Source: Candidatus Saccharimonadota bacterium (lineage in GTDB: Bacteria; Bacteroidota; Bacteroidia; Flavobacteriales; Blattabacteriaceae). Taken from it: a stretch of 27,686 nt of DNA. The stretch lies in assembly GCA_029851245.1 (NCBI GenBank), contig CP099826.1:1-27686 (forward strand), given 5' to 3'. The notes under the pieces were generated by a model. The model was not told where the DNA came from. It was given only the letters and a program-made list of their open reading frames with translations, and searched no databases. Shown here piece after piece: positions 27,203 to 27,686 of the stretch. Numbering within the stretch: the stretch's first letter is position 1; every line of letters starts with the position of its first letter. The translations under genes and the position numbers were made by a program.

Positions 27203-27635
27203 ATTAAAACCTAATATAGGATCAATAAGAAAAAAAAAAATAATAGGAAGAGGAATAGGATCTGGTAAAGGTAGAACATGTGGAAGAGGTCATAAAGGAC
27301 AAAAATCAAGATCAGGATATTCAAAAAAAATAGGATTTGAAGGAGGTCAAACACCTTTATATAAAAGAATACCTAAATTTGGATTTAAAAATAGAAATAA
27401 AAAAAAATATAATATTTTAAATATTAAAGATATACAAAAAATAATAGAAAAATATAAAATAAAAATTATAAATAAAAAAGTATTAATATCTTTAAAAAAA
27501 ATTAAAAAAGGGAATAAATTAAAAATATTATCGAAAGGAATATTAAAAAAAAAGATTATAATATATGCAGATAAATATAGTAAAAAAGCATATGAAAAAT
27601 TATTAAATAATGGTAGTAAAGTAAATAAAATTTAA
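27189..27635 (+). CDS. rplO: 50S ribosomal protein L15
   Basis: [52 protein letters not shown]. Confidence 0.95.
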   Translation: MIIYKLKPNIGSIRKKKIIGRGIGSGKGRTCGRGHKGQKSRSGYSKKIGFEGGQTPLYKRIPKFGFKNRNKKKYNILNIKDIQKIIEKYKIKIINKKVLISLKKIKKGNKLKILSKGILKKKIIIYADKYSKKAYEKLLNNGSKVNKI

Positions 27636-27683
27636 TAATATAATATAATATAATATAATATAATATAATATAATATAATATAA
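27636..27683 (+). repeat. Pentanucleotide microsatellite (TAATA)9 plus partial unit, starting at the base after the rplO stop codon
   Basis: Counted directly: nine perfect taata units at 27636-27680 followed by taa. The rplO stop TAA is at 27633-27635. The window ends at 27686, so the downstream gene is not seen. Confidence 0.92.
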
Positions 27684-27686
27684 ATA

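Overview
Extremely A+T-rich, gene-dense bacterial core-genome segment (roughly 10-15% G+C by eye, not computed). Gene content and order point to a highly reduced Bacteroidota (Flavobacteriales-type) insect-endosymbiont-like genome; species not assignable from sequence alone.

Layout:
- Minus-strand block: rpoC (5' end only), rpoB, rplL, rplJ, rplA, rplK, tRNA-Trp(CCA), tuf, tRNA-Gly(UCC), tRNA-Tyr(GUA), tRNA-Thr(UGU).
- Middle: leuS, ruvC, metG, rsmA/ksgA, an orphan HisH-like amidotransferase, the Bacteroidota-typical rpmB-rpmG-DUF4295 trio (rpmG and DUF4295 are too short for the supplied ORF track and were found by hand translation), a DUF4290 protein, tRNA-Val(UAC), map.
- Plus-strand run: contiguous str/S10/spc ribosomal-protein operons from rpsL to rplO.

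The standard genetic code is supported: tRNA-Trp has anticodon CCA, Trp is encoded by TGG, and no called gene has an in-frame TGA. All stops I checked by hand are TAA.

I see no mobile elements, CRISPR, rRNA, toxin/defence or other accessory system. This is an ordinary housekeeping region and I do not claim a new system.

What deserves a second look is genome-erosion biology:
- Two 31-nt poly(A) runs inside rplW.
- A HisH homolog with all three catalytic-triad positions substituted.
- (TAATA)n microsatellites, in transcription-sense orientation, directly after two ribosomal-protein stop codons; they place TAA in all three frames.
- An (Asn-Thr)n hexanucleotide-repeat hinge in L7/L12.
- Eroded LeuRS editing motifs.
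- Local absence of secE-nusG, rpmC, rpmD and the second tRNA-Thr from their canonical slots.
- Retention of DUF4290/DUF4295 and ruvC.

All homology statements come from motif recognition by eye and from memory, not from database searches.
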